Shown: in pieces, positions 1 to 8,917 of the stretch
How positions within the stretch are numbered: the stretch's first letter is position 1
Layout of the letters: each line of letters begins with the position of its first letter
Virus record (IMG/VR): IMGVR_UViG_3300020042_001362
Coordinates: 1-35,436 of that record
Direction: 5' to 3' (one strand)
Length of the DNA stretch: 35,436 bases
Origin: a virus
Lineage: Duplodnaviria > Caudoviricetes
The notes under the pieces: generated by a model
The model's input: the letters and a program-made list of their open reading frames with translations, nothing else
Database searches by the model: none
What the model was told of the DNA's origin: nothing
Translations under genes and position numbers: made by a program

Positions 1-2
1 AC

Positions 3-1238
3 CTTCTACCTGCATGGTTCCTAGGTAAGTTCCCGCACAAGAAGATCATCCAGTGCTCCCACACTGCGGAGCTGGCAGTGGGCTTCGGTCGTAAGGTACG
101 AAATCTTGTAGATACAGAAACCTACCACAAGATTTTTCCTGATCTGGTCCTAGCCGCAGACTCAAAGGCAGCCGGCAGGTGGAACACCAGTAAGGGCGGG
201 GATTACTTCGCTATCGGTGTCGGTGGCGCAGTGACCGGTAAGGGCGCTGACGTGCTCATTATTGACGACCCGCACAGCGAGCAAGAAGCAGCTATCGCGG
301 AAATCAATCCAGATATCTACGATAAGACTTACGAGTGGTATACTTCTGGGCCGCGTCAGCGTCTGCAACCGGGTGGGGCCATCGTCGTCGTCATGACACG
401 TTGGTCTAAAAGGGACCTGACGGGGCAGATTCTCAAAGATGCCGCCGCCAACGAGAGTATGGGTGAGTGGGAAGTCATTGAATTTCCTGCTATTCTCCCC
501 TCGGATAACCCGTTGTGGCCTGAGTTCTGGGGGCTGGACGAGCTTCTAAAAGTTAAACGCGACGTGCCCAACAGCAAGTGGCAGGCGCAGTACCAACAGA
601 ACCCCATCTCTGAATCCGCCGCTATCGTGAAGCGTGAGTGGTGGCAGGAGTGGTCGAGCGACATACCGCCTTCGTGCGACTTTATCTTACAAAGCTGGGA
701 TACGGCCTTCGAGAAGACATCACGAGCCGATTACTCGGCGTGCACGACATGGGGTGTGTTCTACCAAGCAGACGACTCGGGCATATCTCAGGCCAACATT
801 ATCCTGCTCAACGCCTTCCGCGACCGTATGGAGTTCCCCGAGCTTAAGAAGGCGGCCATCGAGGAGTATAAGGAGTGGAGCCCGGACGGCGTCATCATTG
901 AAAAGAAGGCGTCAGGTGCGCCGCTTATCTACGAGATGCGCGCTATGGGGATACCCGTGCAAGAGTTCACCCCTACAAGGGGTAACGACAAGATCAGCCG
1001 GCTGAACGCCGTCGCTGACATATTCGCCTCCGGAAGAGTATGGGCACCCGCCTCCCGCTGGGCGGAAGAAGTCATTGATGAAGTGGCTGAGTTTCCTGCG
1101 GGTTCTCATGATGACTACGTCGATACCGTCTCTATGGCAATGCACCGGTTTCGTAAGGGCGGCTACGTGACAACTAACCTCGACGAACCTGACGATATCA
1201 TATACTTTAAGAGCCGCAAGCAACAGGGATATTACTGA
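3..1238 (+). CDS. terL: Terminase large subunit, C-terminal part (5'-truncated by window)
   Basis: Frame is open from base 3 (LLPAWFLGKFPHKKIIQCSHTAELAVGFGRK). Has GVGGAVTGKGAD, Walker B VLIIDDPH, MTRW coupling motif, and RNase H-like nuclease motifs SWDTAF and HDDYVD. Lies upstream of the portal. Confidence 0.96.
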   Translation, partial: LLPAWFLGKFPHKKIIQCSHTAELAVGFGRKVRNLVDTETYHKIFPDLVLAADSKAAGRWNTSKGGDYFAIGVGGAVTGKGADVLIIDDPHSEQEAAIAEINPDIYDKTYEWYTSGPRQRLQPGGAIVVVMTRWSKRDLTGQILKDAAANESMGEWEVIEFPAILPSDNPLWPEFWGLDELLKVKRDVPNSKWQAQYQQNPISESAAIVKREWWQEWSSDIPPSCDFILQSWDTAFEKTSRADYSACTTWGVFYQADDSGISQANIILLNAFRDRMEFPELKKAAIEEYKEWSPDGVIIEKKASGAPLIYEMRAMGIPVQEFTPTRGNDKISRLNAVADIFASGRVWAPASRWAEEVIDEVAEFPAGSHDDYVDTVSMAMHRFRKGGYVTTNLDEPDDIIYFKSRKQQGYY

Positions 1239-2182
1239 TGGCTGGGCTGGAAGACCTCATTACTGACTATGTGGGCGACCCGCTACGCAAAGCGCTGGGT
1301 ACGTATGTGCCAAAGGCTGGCCCAACTGAGTTGCCGGAAGGATATCCAGAGCCTTTTAACGACCAATTTGGGGTTGAGACACCGTTTGATGGGATGCGGC
1401 GTTCTACTATTCCGACCGACTTACCGCCGCGTATCCGCAGTTATCGAGCAGATGAGCGCCGTGGGGGGCTGGAGAACCTTCCGCAGTCGCGGTTTGATGA
1501 TCGGTCCCCGTTAAAGTCCGATGTCCGCTACTGGGCTGCAACTAGCGATAACAAGAAAACTCCTTACGCGGCGCATGAAATTAATAAAATGTACTCTTTT
1601 GCTCGCCTAAACGGCGCAGCAAGTAAACTTGGTCTGCCCACAATAAACCCGGAGCAGTTTGCGGCTATGGTACTAAAGGAAGGTCGTTCGGACGCCGGAT
1701 TTAATATGTTTAAACCCGAAGCTAAGCCTGACGTAGAGTTTCGCAAGCGCCTCAATCAGTTTAACATTCCCGAACGACAGAAAGATTATTTGGGAATGAT
1801 TAACTACGCTGACCGTATTGCCAAGAAGAAGGACGTACCGTTTCACGCTGTGTGGAACGGTTTAGGTAAAAACTGGAAGGGGCAGACCGGTTTTGATTAT
1901 GCTAAAGCCATGGAAAAGCATGAGCAGGCTACGCTTAACCCTAAGAACAAAGACTTTTTAAATCTTATTAGTCGCGCCTTCAGTGAAGGGGAAAAATACG
2001 GGCTTCCTTTGATGAAGGAGAAGCAGCGCGATACTGATCCATATCTAAAGTCGGACCCGAACTATAAGTACCATACTCCCGAAGGTAAGATGAAACCACA
2101 TGGACTGAATGCGCTGTTCAAGGCATCTGGCGGCGTCGTCATCGACGATGGTAACCCAGCTAAACAAAGGAAGCTAATCTAA
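1238..2182 (+). CDS. Hypothetical protein, possible lysozyme/SLT-like fold, with C-terminal KASGG tag
   Basis: 314 aa ORF with 1-nt overlaps to terL and the portal. INPEQFAAMVLKEG and AVWNGLG resemble lytic transglycosylase motifs (weak). Confidence 0.75.
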   Translation: MAGLEDLITDYVGDPLRKALGTYVPKAGPTELPEGYPEPFNDQFGVETPFDGMRRSTIPTDLPPRIRSYRADERRGGLENLPQSRFDDRSPLKSDVRYWAATSDNKKTPYAAHEINKMYSFARLNGAASKLGLPTINPEQFAAMVLKEGRSDAGFNMFKPEAKPDVEFRKRLNQFNIPERQKDYLGMINYADRIAKKKDVPFHAVWNGLGKNWKGQTGFDYAKAMEKHEQATLNPKNKDFLNLISRAFSEGEKYGLPLMKEKQRDTDPYLKSDPNYKYHTPEGKMKPHGLNALFKASGGVVIDDGNPAKQRKLI

Positions 2183-4692
2183 TGGCCGTTGATAAAGCTC
2201 TCAATCAAGCGCCGCTGGGTCTTGATGCGTCGTTTTCCGGAGGTGTGATGCCGGGAGTGAACACAGAGCCCGACATTGAGATCGAGATCGAGGACCCTGA
2301 GTCCGTTACCATCGGCATGGATGGGTTGGAGATTGAGATTGAGCCCGGTGATGACGACGAGGACCAAGAATTTAATGAAAACCTTGCAGAAGTCCTTGAT
2401 GACAGCGAGCTGACCGAGCTTGTAGGCGACCTAATTGGGGACTACGACGACGATATTGCCAGTCGCCGCGACTGGATACAGACTTATGTCGATGGTTTAG
2501 AGCTTCTGGGGATGAAGGTCGAAGACCGTACCGAGCCGTGGCCCGGTGCTTGCGGTGTGTACCACCCGCTCCTCGCTGAATCAGTCGTTAAGTTCCAAGC
2601 TGAGACCATGATGGAGACGTTCCCGGCTCAAGGGCCGGTGCGAACGCAGATTATCGGCAAAGAAACACCACAAAAGCGCGATGCAGCGCGGCGCGTCCAA
2701 GACGACATGAACTACCAGCTGACTGACCGCATGATTGAGTACCGCCCAGAGCACGAACGGATGCTGTGGGGCCTTGGTCTTGCGGGTAACGCGTTCAAAA
2801 AGGTGTATTACGACCCGTCGATGGGTCGGCAGGTGTCGATGTACGTGCCCGCAGACGACGTCGTGGTGCCTTATGGCGCATCTAACCTCGAATCTGCTGA
2901 GCGTGTCACCCATGTGATGCGCAAGACGCCAAACGAGCTTAAAAAGCTCCAGCGTGACGGCTTTTACCGTGATGTGGAGCTTGGAGACCCTGAAAACACG
3001 CTTGACGAGGTCGAGAAGAAGATTGCGGAGCGCCTTGGCTTCCGTGCTACGACCGACGACCGCTTCAAGTTGTTGGAAATGCAGGTTGATCTCGTCATCG
3101 AGGATGACAAATTTAGGGATAAGGACGATGAGGGTATCGCTCTTCCTTACATTGTTACGATTGAGAAGGGATCAAGCGAAATCCTCGCCATCCGGCGCAA
3201 CTGGCAGCCCGACGACAAGCTTAAGGCAAAGCGCAATCACTTCGTACACTACTCTTACGTACCCGGCTTTGGCTTCTACGCCTTCGGCCTTATTCACCTC
3301 ATCGGTGCCTTTGCCAAGTCAGGCACCAGTCTCATCCGTCAGCTTGTCGATGCGGGCACACTGAGCAACCTGCCCGGTGGCTTTAAGACTAAGGGGCTAC
3401 GGGTAAAGGGTGATGATACGCCCATCAGCCCTGCTGAGTGGCGAGACGTGGACGTGGCGTCAGGCACGATGCGCGACAACATTATGCCGCTGCCGTATAA
3501 AGAGCCAAGTCAGGTCCTCTACAGCTTGCTGGGTACCATCGTAGAGGAAGGCCGTCGCTTCGCTGGTATGGCGGACCTTCAGGTCTCTGATATGTCGGCA
3601 AACGCCCCTGTGGGGACAACACTGGCTATCCTTGAGCGCAGTCTCAAGATGATGTCGGCGGTACAGGCGCGCATCCACTACTCGATGAAGCAGGAGTTCA
3701 AGCTCCTCAAGCACATCATCGCTGACTATACGCCGGAGTCTTACTCCTACGAGCCAGAAGAAGGCAGCCGCAAGGCCAAGAAGTCCGACTACGCCAACGT
3801 CGATGTGCTGCCGGTAAGCGACCCTAACGCTGCCACTATGGCGCAGAAGATTGTCCAGTATCAGGCAGTTATCCAGTTGGCGCAGGGTGCGCCGCAAATC
3901 TACGACATGCCTTTCCTGCACCGCCAGATGTTGGAGGTGCTGGGCATCAAGAATGCTCAGAAGCTTGTGCCCCTAAAGGACGACGACGACCGTAAGCCGC
4001 GTGATCCGGTTAGCGAGAACATGGACGTCCTGAATATGAAGCCGGTCAAGGCGTTCATGTACCAAGACCATCAGGCGCATATTACCGTCCATATAACCGC
4101 GATGCAGGACCCCACGATCCAGCAGCTAATGGGCCAGAACCCGCAGGCGCAGCAGATGATGGCCGCCATGGCAGCGCATATCCAAGAGCACGTGGCGTTT
4201 GAGTATCGCCGTCAGATCGAGCTTCAGGCAGGCGTCCCGCTGCCACCACCAGATTCGGATATGTCGGAAGATGTTGAGCTTCAGGTTTCGCGTCTGGCAG
4301 CCGCTGCCGCAGGCCAGCTTCTCCAGAAGAACCAGTCCGCAGCTCAGCAGCAACAGAGCCAGCAGATGGCTCAGGACCCCATTGTGCAGATGCAGATGCA
4401 GGAGTTGCAGCTTAAACAGGGCGAGCTCCAGCTAAAGCAACAGAAGCTTCAGATCGACGCCGCTGAGAAGACGGACCGTATGGACGTGGAACGCGAGCGC
4501 ATCGCCGCGCAGAAAGAAATCGCTGGCCTCCAAGTTGGAGCCAAGATTGCAACGGATAAAGCTAATTTGTCCGCCAAGGAGCAAGAAGCCGGGCTTCGCA
4601 TCGGCGTGCAAGTCGCGCGTGAGACCTCGCAGATGGCACAAAACGCAGAGAAACCCCCTGTTTCCAACGCACCACTTAAGGAAAATGAATGA
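2182..4692 (+). CDS. Portal protein
   Basis: 836 aa, follows terL. Acidic N-terminus, GNAFKKVYYD, GFGFYAFGLIHLIG and AGTLSNLPGGF motifs, and a Gln-rich coiled-coil C-terminal barrel typical of podovirus-type portals. Confidence 0.9.
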   Translation: MAVDKALNQAPLGLDASFSGGVMPGVNTEPDIEIEIEDPESVTIGMDGLEIEIEPGDDDEDQEFNENLAEVLDDSELTELVGDLIGDYDDDIASRRDWIQTYVDGLELLGMKVEDRTEPWPGACGVYHPLLAESVVKFQAETMMETFPAQGPVRTQIIGKETPQKRDAARRVQDDMNYQLTDRMIEYRPEHERMLWGLGLAGNAFKKVYYDPSMGRQVSMYVPADDVVVPYGASNLESAERVTHVMRKTPNELKKLQRDGFYRDVELGDPENTLDEVEKKIAERLGFRATTDDRFKLLEMQVDLVIEDDKFRDKDDEGIALPYIVTIEKGSSEILAIRRNWQPDDKLKAKRNHFVHYSYVPGFGFYAFGLIHLIGAFAKSGTSLIRQLVDAGTLSNLPGGFKTKGLRVKGDDTPISPAEWRDVDVASGTMRDNIMPLPYKEPSQVLYSLLGTIVEEGRRFAGMADLQVSDMSANAPVGTTLAILERSLKMMSAVQARIHYSMKQEFKLLKHIIADYTPESYSYEPEEGSRKAKKSDYANVDVLPVSDPNAATMAQKIVQYQAVIQLAQGAPQIYDMPFLHRQMLEVLGIKNAQKLVPLKDDDDRKPRDPVSENMDVLNMKPVKAFMYQDHQAHITVHITAMQDPTIQQLMGQNPQAQQMMAAMAAHIQEHVAFEYRRQIELQAGVPLPPPDSDMSEDVELQVSRLAAAAAGQLLQKNQSAAQQQQSQQMAQDPIVQMQMQELQLKQGELQLKQQKLQIDAAEKTDRMDVERERIAAQKEIAGLQVGAKIATDKANLSAKEQEAGLRIGVQVARETSQMAQNAEKPPVSNAPLKENE

Positions 4693-4880
4693 GTACAGTC
4701 TTACTACACCTAGCTCACAGGATAGACGAAGCGTGCAAGGACATCGAGCGTGACCTTGCGATGGGTAAAGCGTCCGAGATTGGTGACTACAAGTTCGCCT
4801 GTGGTCGGTATCGCGGCCTTCTGACCGCTAAGGATATTATTATCGAGACAGCCCAAAAGCTGGAGCAAGATGATGACTGA
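4689..4880 (+). CDS. Small hypothetical protein between portal and co-chaperonin
   Basis: 63 aa, ATGA overlap with the portal stop; helical sequence YKFACGRYRGL; overlaps the next gene. Confidence 0.8.
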   Translation: MSTVLLHLAHRIDEACKDIERDLAMGKASEIGDYKFACGRYRGLLTAKDIIIETAQKLEQDDD

Positions 4881-5307
4881 GATCGTAGGTATTGCGGCCC
4901 CCACCCTCGTTGGCGTGGACGGCAAAGTGCTTAACGCACCACTCAAAGAGCCTGAAGTTCCCGTCGAGGACCGGGCTAAGCAGCTTCCCGACCCACAGGG
5001 CTATCGCATCCTGTGTGCCATCCCCGACATTGAAGAGAAGACCACGGGTGGCATCTTCAAGACCGGTAGCATGATTGAGCGGGAAGAACTCCTTACGACT
5101 GTGCTGTTTGTCGTCAAAGTAGGCCCTGATGCCTACGCTGACGCAAAGCGGTTCCCCTCTGGCCCGTGGTGCGAAGAAGGCGATTTTGTCCTTGTGCGCC
5201 CCAATGCGGGCACTCGGGTGGAAATTCATGGCCGTGAGTTCCGCATTATCAATGACGATAGCGTGGAAGCAGTAGTCGAAGACCCGAGGGGTATTCGGCG
5301 CAAATAA
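4870..5307 (+). CDS. groES: Phage co-chaperonin GroES (Cpn10)-like protein
   Basis: PQGYRILC..EEKTTGGIF (mobile-loop GGI), VVKVGPDAY, EGDFVL, GTRVEIHGREFRIINDDSVEAVV match the Cpn10 pattern. Confidence 0.9.
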   Translation: MMTEIVGIAAPTLVGVDGKVLNAPLKEPEVPVEDRAKQLPDPQGYRILCAIPDIEEKTTGGIFKTGSMIEREELLTTVLFVVKVGPDAYADAKRFPSGPWCEEGDFVLVRPNAGTRVEIHGREFRIINDDSVEAVVEDPRGIRRK

Positions 5308-5321
5308 ACGGGCTTGCCCGT
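5308..5321 (+). promoter_or_regulatory. G(CUUG)C tetraloop hairpin just upstream of the scaffold-gene RBS
   Basis: ACGGG-CTTG-CCCGT perfect 5-bp stem, no U-tract, followed by AAGGAG (5326-5331) and ATG at 5340. Confidence 0.5.
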
Positions 5322-5339
5322 ACAAAAGGAGACGTAATC

Positions 5340-6293
5340 ATGGCTATCCAGCCAGACGACGAGTTTGAATTTGAGATCGAGACTGACGAAACCCCTGTTT
5401 CTGAACCGCGAAGTAAACCCGATATTGAAGTCGAAGACGACACTCCGGAGCAGGACCGTGGGCGCGAGCCTATGCCTAAGGAGATCGTGGACGAGCTCGA
5501 AGCTGATGAGCTTGAGGAGTATTCGGAGAAGGTAAAGCTTCGCCTTAAGCAGATGAAGAAGGTCTGGCACGACGAGCGCCGTGAAAAGGAGCGCGCGTTC
5601 CGTGAACAGCAGGAAACTCTTAGCGCTGCTCAGCGTTTGTTTGAAGAAAACAAGCGACTGAAGTCTACGTTGAGCGACGGCGAAAACCACTTGCTGTTGA
5701 GTTATAAGCAACAGACAGAATACGAACTTAAAGAGGCGGAGCGGTTGTACCGTGATGCCTATGAAGCGGGTGATGCAGATCGTGTTGTGGAGTCACAGCG
5801 CAAGCTAACTGATGCAGCGCTCAAGATGCAGCAGCTTAATAATTATCGCCCTACTTTACAGGCCCCAGAAACTGAGGTACAAATTCCGCAAGGGCAGGCT
5901 AGTATCCAGCAACCTGACCGTACGACGATGGCGTGGCAAGAGCGCAATCAATGGTACGGCACAGACCCGGAGATGACTGCCTCGGCGCTCGGGCTGCACC
6001 AAAAGCTCGTAAACGAACGAGGCCAGCAGTTTGTTGGCTCCGACGAATATTGGACGACGGTTGACAAAACAATCCGCCGTAGATTCCCCGATTATTTCGG
6101 GGGAGACGAAGTGGCTAACGGTGACTCCAGAGCTGTCACACGTGAACCTAGGGCTGCTTCCGTTGTCGCTCCCGCTTCTCGTAGCCGATCCTCCAAAAAG
6201 ATTAGGCTTAGTACAACCCAATTGGCTGTGGCCAAGAAGTTTGGGCTGACTCCCGAGCAATATGCTCGCGAAGTAATGAAGATGGAGAATTGA
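5340..6293 (+). CDS. Putative capsid scaffolding protein
   Basis: 317 aa. Very acidic N-terminus, long coiled coil, and C-terminal KIRLSTTQLAVAKKFGLTPEQYA helix-turn-helix-like tail. Lies between portal and capsid genes; AAGGAG RBS. Confidence 0.75.
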   Translation: MAIQPDDEFEFEIETDETPVSEPRSKPDIEVEDDTPEQDRGREPMPKEIVDELEADELEEYSEKVKLRLKQMKKVWHDERREKERAFREQQETLSAAQRLFEENKRLKSTLSDGENHLLLSYKQQTEYELKEAERLYRDAYEAGDADRVVESQRKLTDAALKMQQLNNYRPTLQAPETEVQIPQGQASIQQPDRTTMAWQERNQWYGTDPEMTASALGLHQKLVNERGQQFVGSDEYWTTVDKTIRRRFPDYFGGDEVANGDSRAVTREPRAASVVAPASRSRSSKKIRLSTTQLAVAKKFGLTPEQYAREVMKMEN

Positions 6294-6294
6294 T

Positions 6295-6780
6295 ATGACG
6301 GATCGTAGCCTTATGGACGAGTTGAACGCTCAGACTTCATCCAGTCGTGCACCTCGTAAAACACGTGAACAGTCGGAAAGGCCCAAAGTATGGCAGCCGG
6401 CCTCGTTGCTGCCAGAACCGGATCAACAGCCGGGTTATTCGTACCGTTGGATTCGTGTTGCTTCAGCAGGTAAAGCAGACGGCCAGAACCTGATGTCAAA
6501 ACGACGTGAAGGTTGGGAGCCGGTCCGTATCGAAGAGCAACCACAGTTTGATGGCATGACCGACCCAGACAGCCGCTACAAAGACAATATCGAGGTAGGT
6601 GGGTTGCTGCTCTGCAAAGCCCCGAATGAGATGATGCAACAGCGTAAGGCTTACTTTGCGCAGAAGAATCAAGCTCAGATGGACTCGGTAGACAACAACT
6701 TCATGCGCGAAAGCGATAATCGTATGCCCCTCTTCAGGGAGAAAAGGTCTACGACTTCGTTCGGTAGTGGCAAACGCTAA
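6295..6780 (+). CDS. Hypothetical head-module protein
   Basis: 161 aa with GYSYRWIR, REGWEPV and VGGLLLCK motifs; sits in the head gene cluster. Confidence 0.8.
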   Translation: MTDRSLMDELNAQTSSSRAPRKTREQSERPKVWQPASLLPEPDQQPGYSYRWIRVASAGKADGQNLMSKRREGWEPVRIEEQPQFDGMTDPDSRYKDNIEVGGLLLCKAPNEMMQQRKAYFAQKNQAQMDSVDNNFMRESDNRMPLFREKRSTTSFGSGKR

Positions 6781-6795
6781 GCTAGGAGCTTAACA

Positions 6796-7413
6796 ATGGC
6801 ATATCCTTCCGTTACAAGCCCGTATGGGCTTATTCCGATCAATCTGATCGGCGGGCAGGTTTTTGCCGGTTCCACTCGCCAAATCCCCATCGCAACCAAC
6901 TCTGCAACTGCCATCTTCTACGGTGACGTTGTGAAGCTGCTTGCTAGTGGTACGATTGGCAAGGATACCGGTACTGACGCTGCTACGCCGGTTGGTGTCT
7001 TCCTTGGTTGCACTTACACCGATCCGGTGTACGGCGTGACCTTCCGCCAGTTCTATCCCGGCACCACGAGCATTTCCGACATCACGGCTTACGTCCTTGA
7101 TGACCCGGACGCGCTGTTCAAGGTCGCTGTGTGCGCTGGCACCAACTCGAACACCATCAGCTACCTGACTCAGGCTGCTGTCGGCTCGAACGTCAAGCTG
7201 GCGAACGGTGCAAATAACACCGGTTCGACCATCACGGGCAACTCTAGGGTTGGCGTGGACTCGACCGAGGGTACTACCTCGACGTTCCCGATTCGTGTTG
7301 TTGATGTTGTCCATGAAACCTCGCCTGTCGGTAGCCCCGGTTCTTACACCGAAGTTATCGTCAAGTGGAATCAGGGTATGCATCAGTACCTGAACCCCAC
7401 TGGCCTCGCATAA
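6796..7413 (+). CDS. Putative minor capsid/cement (decoration) protein
   Basis: 205 aa, beta-rich (AIFYGDVV, VGVFLGCTY, VLDDPDALF); immediately upstream of the major capsid gene; TAGGAG RBS. Confidence 0.65.
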   Translation: MAYPSVTSPYGLIPINLIGGQVFAGSTRQIPIATNSATAIFYGDVVKLLASGTIGKDTGTDAATPVGVFLGCTYTDPVYGVTFRQFYPGTTSISDITAYVLDDPDALFKVAVCAGTNSNTISYLTQAAVGSNVKLANGANNTGSTITGNSRVGVDSTEGTTSTFPIRVVDVVHETSPVGSPGSYTEVIVKWNQGMHQYLNPTGLA

Positions 7414-7425
7414 GGAGACTGAACA

Positions 7426-8337
7426 ATGGCAATTTCACGCGCACAGCTTCTCAAGGAGCTTTTGCCCGGCCTGAACGCCCTGTTCGGTCTGGAATACGCC
7501 CGCTATGGCGAAGAGCACAAAGAGATTTTCGAAACGGAAACCTCTGAGCGTTCGTTCGAAGAAGAAACCAAGCTGTCGGGCTTCTCGGCTGCTCCGGTTA
7601 AGAACGAAGGTTCGGCTATCGCCTACGACAACGCTCAGGAAGTCTTCACGGCTCGCTACAACCATGAGACGATTGCCCTCGGGTTCTCGCTCACGGAAGA
7701 AGCCATCGAAGATAACCTGTATGACAGCCTCTCGGCTCGTTATACCAAGGCGTTGGCTCGTGCCATGTCGTATACCAAGCAGACCAAGGCTGCGGCGGTT
7801 CTGAACAACGGCTTTGATACCGATTACCCCGGTGGTGACGGTCAACCGCTGTTCTCGGCCTCTCACCCACTGGTCTCTGGTGGTGTCAACTCGAACATCC
7901 CGGCTGTCGCTACCGACCTGAACGAAACGGCACTTGAAAACGCTGTTATTCAGATCGCTGCGTGGACGGATGAACGTGGGCTTCTGATCGCTGCAAAGCC
8001 GAAGAAGCTGGTGATTCCGCCGAGCCTCCAGTTCGTTGCAACCCGACTGCTCGAAACCGAGCTTCAGGTGAACACGGCTGACAACAACATCAACGCTATC
8101 AAGAGCAACGGCTCGATTCCGGAGGGTTACACCGTTAACCACTTCCTGACCGACACCGATGCTTGGTTCCTGACGACCGATGTTCCGAATGGTCTGAAGC
8201 ACTTCGTCCGTACTCCGCTCGCCCAGAGCATGGACGGCGACTTCGACACCGGCAACGTCCGTTACAAGAGCCGCGAGCGTTATTCGTTCGGCTGGTCTGA
8301 CCCGCTGGGCATGTTCGCTTCCGAAGGCGCTGCCTAA
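7426..8337 (+). CDS. Major capsid protein
   Basis: 303 aa (MAISRAQLLKELLPGLNALFG, FSLTEEAIEDNLY, PKKLVIPP, DTDAWFL, RYKSRERYSFGWSD). Strong codon bias, TAAGGAG RBS, followed by a terminator. Confidence 0.92.
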   Translation: MAISRAQLLKELLPGLNALFGLEYARYGEEHKEIFETETSERSFEEETKLSGFSAAPVKNEGSAIAYDNAQEVFTARYNHETIALGFSLTEEAIEDNLYDSLSARYTKALARAMSYTKQTKAAAVLNNGFDTDYPGGDGQPLFSASHPLVSGGVNSNIPAVATDLNETALENAVIQIAAWTDERGLLIAAKPKKLVIPPSLQFVATRLLETELQVNTADNNINAIKSNGSIPEGYTVNHFLTDTDAWFLTTDVPNGLKHFVRTPLAQSMDGDFDTGNVRYKSRERYSFGWSDPLGMFASEGAA

Positions 8338-8348
8338 GGAAACAGGGG

Positions 8349-8386
8349 GAGGGGGAGAGGGAAACTTCTTCCCCTCTTTTCTTTTT
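8349..8386 (+). terminator. Rho-independent terminator after the major capsid gene
   Basis: GAGGGGGAGAGG-GAAA-CTTCTTCCCCTC 12-bp stem (2 G-U pairs), GNRA loop, followed by TTTTCTTTTT. Confidence 0.88.
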
Positions 8387-8400
8387 AGTGTTATGCCTAC

Positions 8401-8478
8401 TCAACTAGGTAATTGATCCATACCGACTGCCCTAGCAGACGTAGTAGAGACGGTATGGGGTGGTGCTACTACACGGAG
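8401..8478 (+). ncRNA. Candidate structured cis-regulatory RNA (kissing loop plus pseudoknot) in the leader of gene 8486
   Basis: CCATACCG 8418-8425 pairs with CGGTATGG 8451-8458; CTAGG 8405-8409 with CCTAG 8431-8435; GTAGTAG 8441-8447 with CTACTAC 8466-8472, which ends 2 nt before the GGAG RBS. Confidence 0.65.
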
Positions 8479-8485
8479 AATTTCG

Positions 8486-8917
8486 ATGGCAAATACAACC
8501 TTTTCAGGTCCGGTAATCTCGACCAACGGCTTCGTCGGTGACATCACTGGCAACATCACTGGCAACGTAACTGGTAACGTCACTGGCAACGTCACTGGCA
8601 ACGTGACCGGTGACCTGACTGGCCGCACGTTCGGCACTGTTACAACCCATTCTGGCGCTGGCGCTGTGCCGGTAACTGCCTCGACTGTACGCCTGACCAC
8701 GACTGCGGCGAACGCCCTAACGCTGGCCAACGGCACGAACGGTCAGCTTCTGACCATTATCATGGTTGTTGACGGCGGCGACGGCACTCTGACCCCGACC
8801 ACCAAGACGGGTTACACCACGATTACCTTCGACGCTGTGGGCGACGCTGTCACGCTTCAGTTCATGACGACTGTGGGCTGGATGGTTGTCTCCAACTACG
8901 GAACAACCGTAGCCTAA
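8486..8917 (+). CDS. Virion structural protein (head fibre/spike-like) with (GNVT)n repeats
   Basis: 143 aa, MANTTFSGPV N-terminus, 7 tetrapeptide repeats, Thr-rich beta C-terminal domain. Confidence 0.8.
   Translation: MANTTFSGPVISTNGFVGDITGNITGNVTGNVTGNVTGNVTGDLTGRTFGTVTTHSGAGAVPVTASTVRLTTTAANALTLANGTNGQLLTIIMVVDGGDGTLTPTTKTGYTTITFDAVGDAVTLQFMTTVGWMVVSNYGTTVA
8537..8620 (+). repeat. Seven 12-bp tandem repeats encoding G[ND][VIL]T
   Basis: GGTGACATCACT GGCAACATCACT GGCAACGTAACT GGTAACGTCACT GGCAACGTCACT GGCAACGTGACC GGTGACCTGACT. Confidence 0.95.

Noticed and set aside
7435-8202. 255-aa minus-strand ORF opposite the capsid gene (likewise 6790-7383, 22246-23067, 31521-32159)
   Set aside because: Expected from strong codon bias on the sense strand; the whole window is a + strand operon.
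8386-8400. Possible promoter -10 (TAGTGT) after the terminator
   Set aside because: Weak match with no -35 element; cannot be supported from sequence alone.
8401-8478. Assignment of the RNA to a known ribozyme, tRNA or ZTP riboswitch
   Set aside because: Lacks the hammerhead CUGANGA/GAAA core, a cloverleaf, and the ZTP 3' element; left unclassified.
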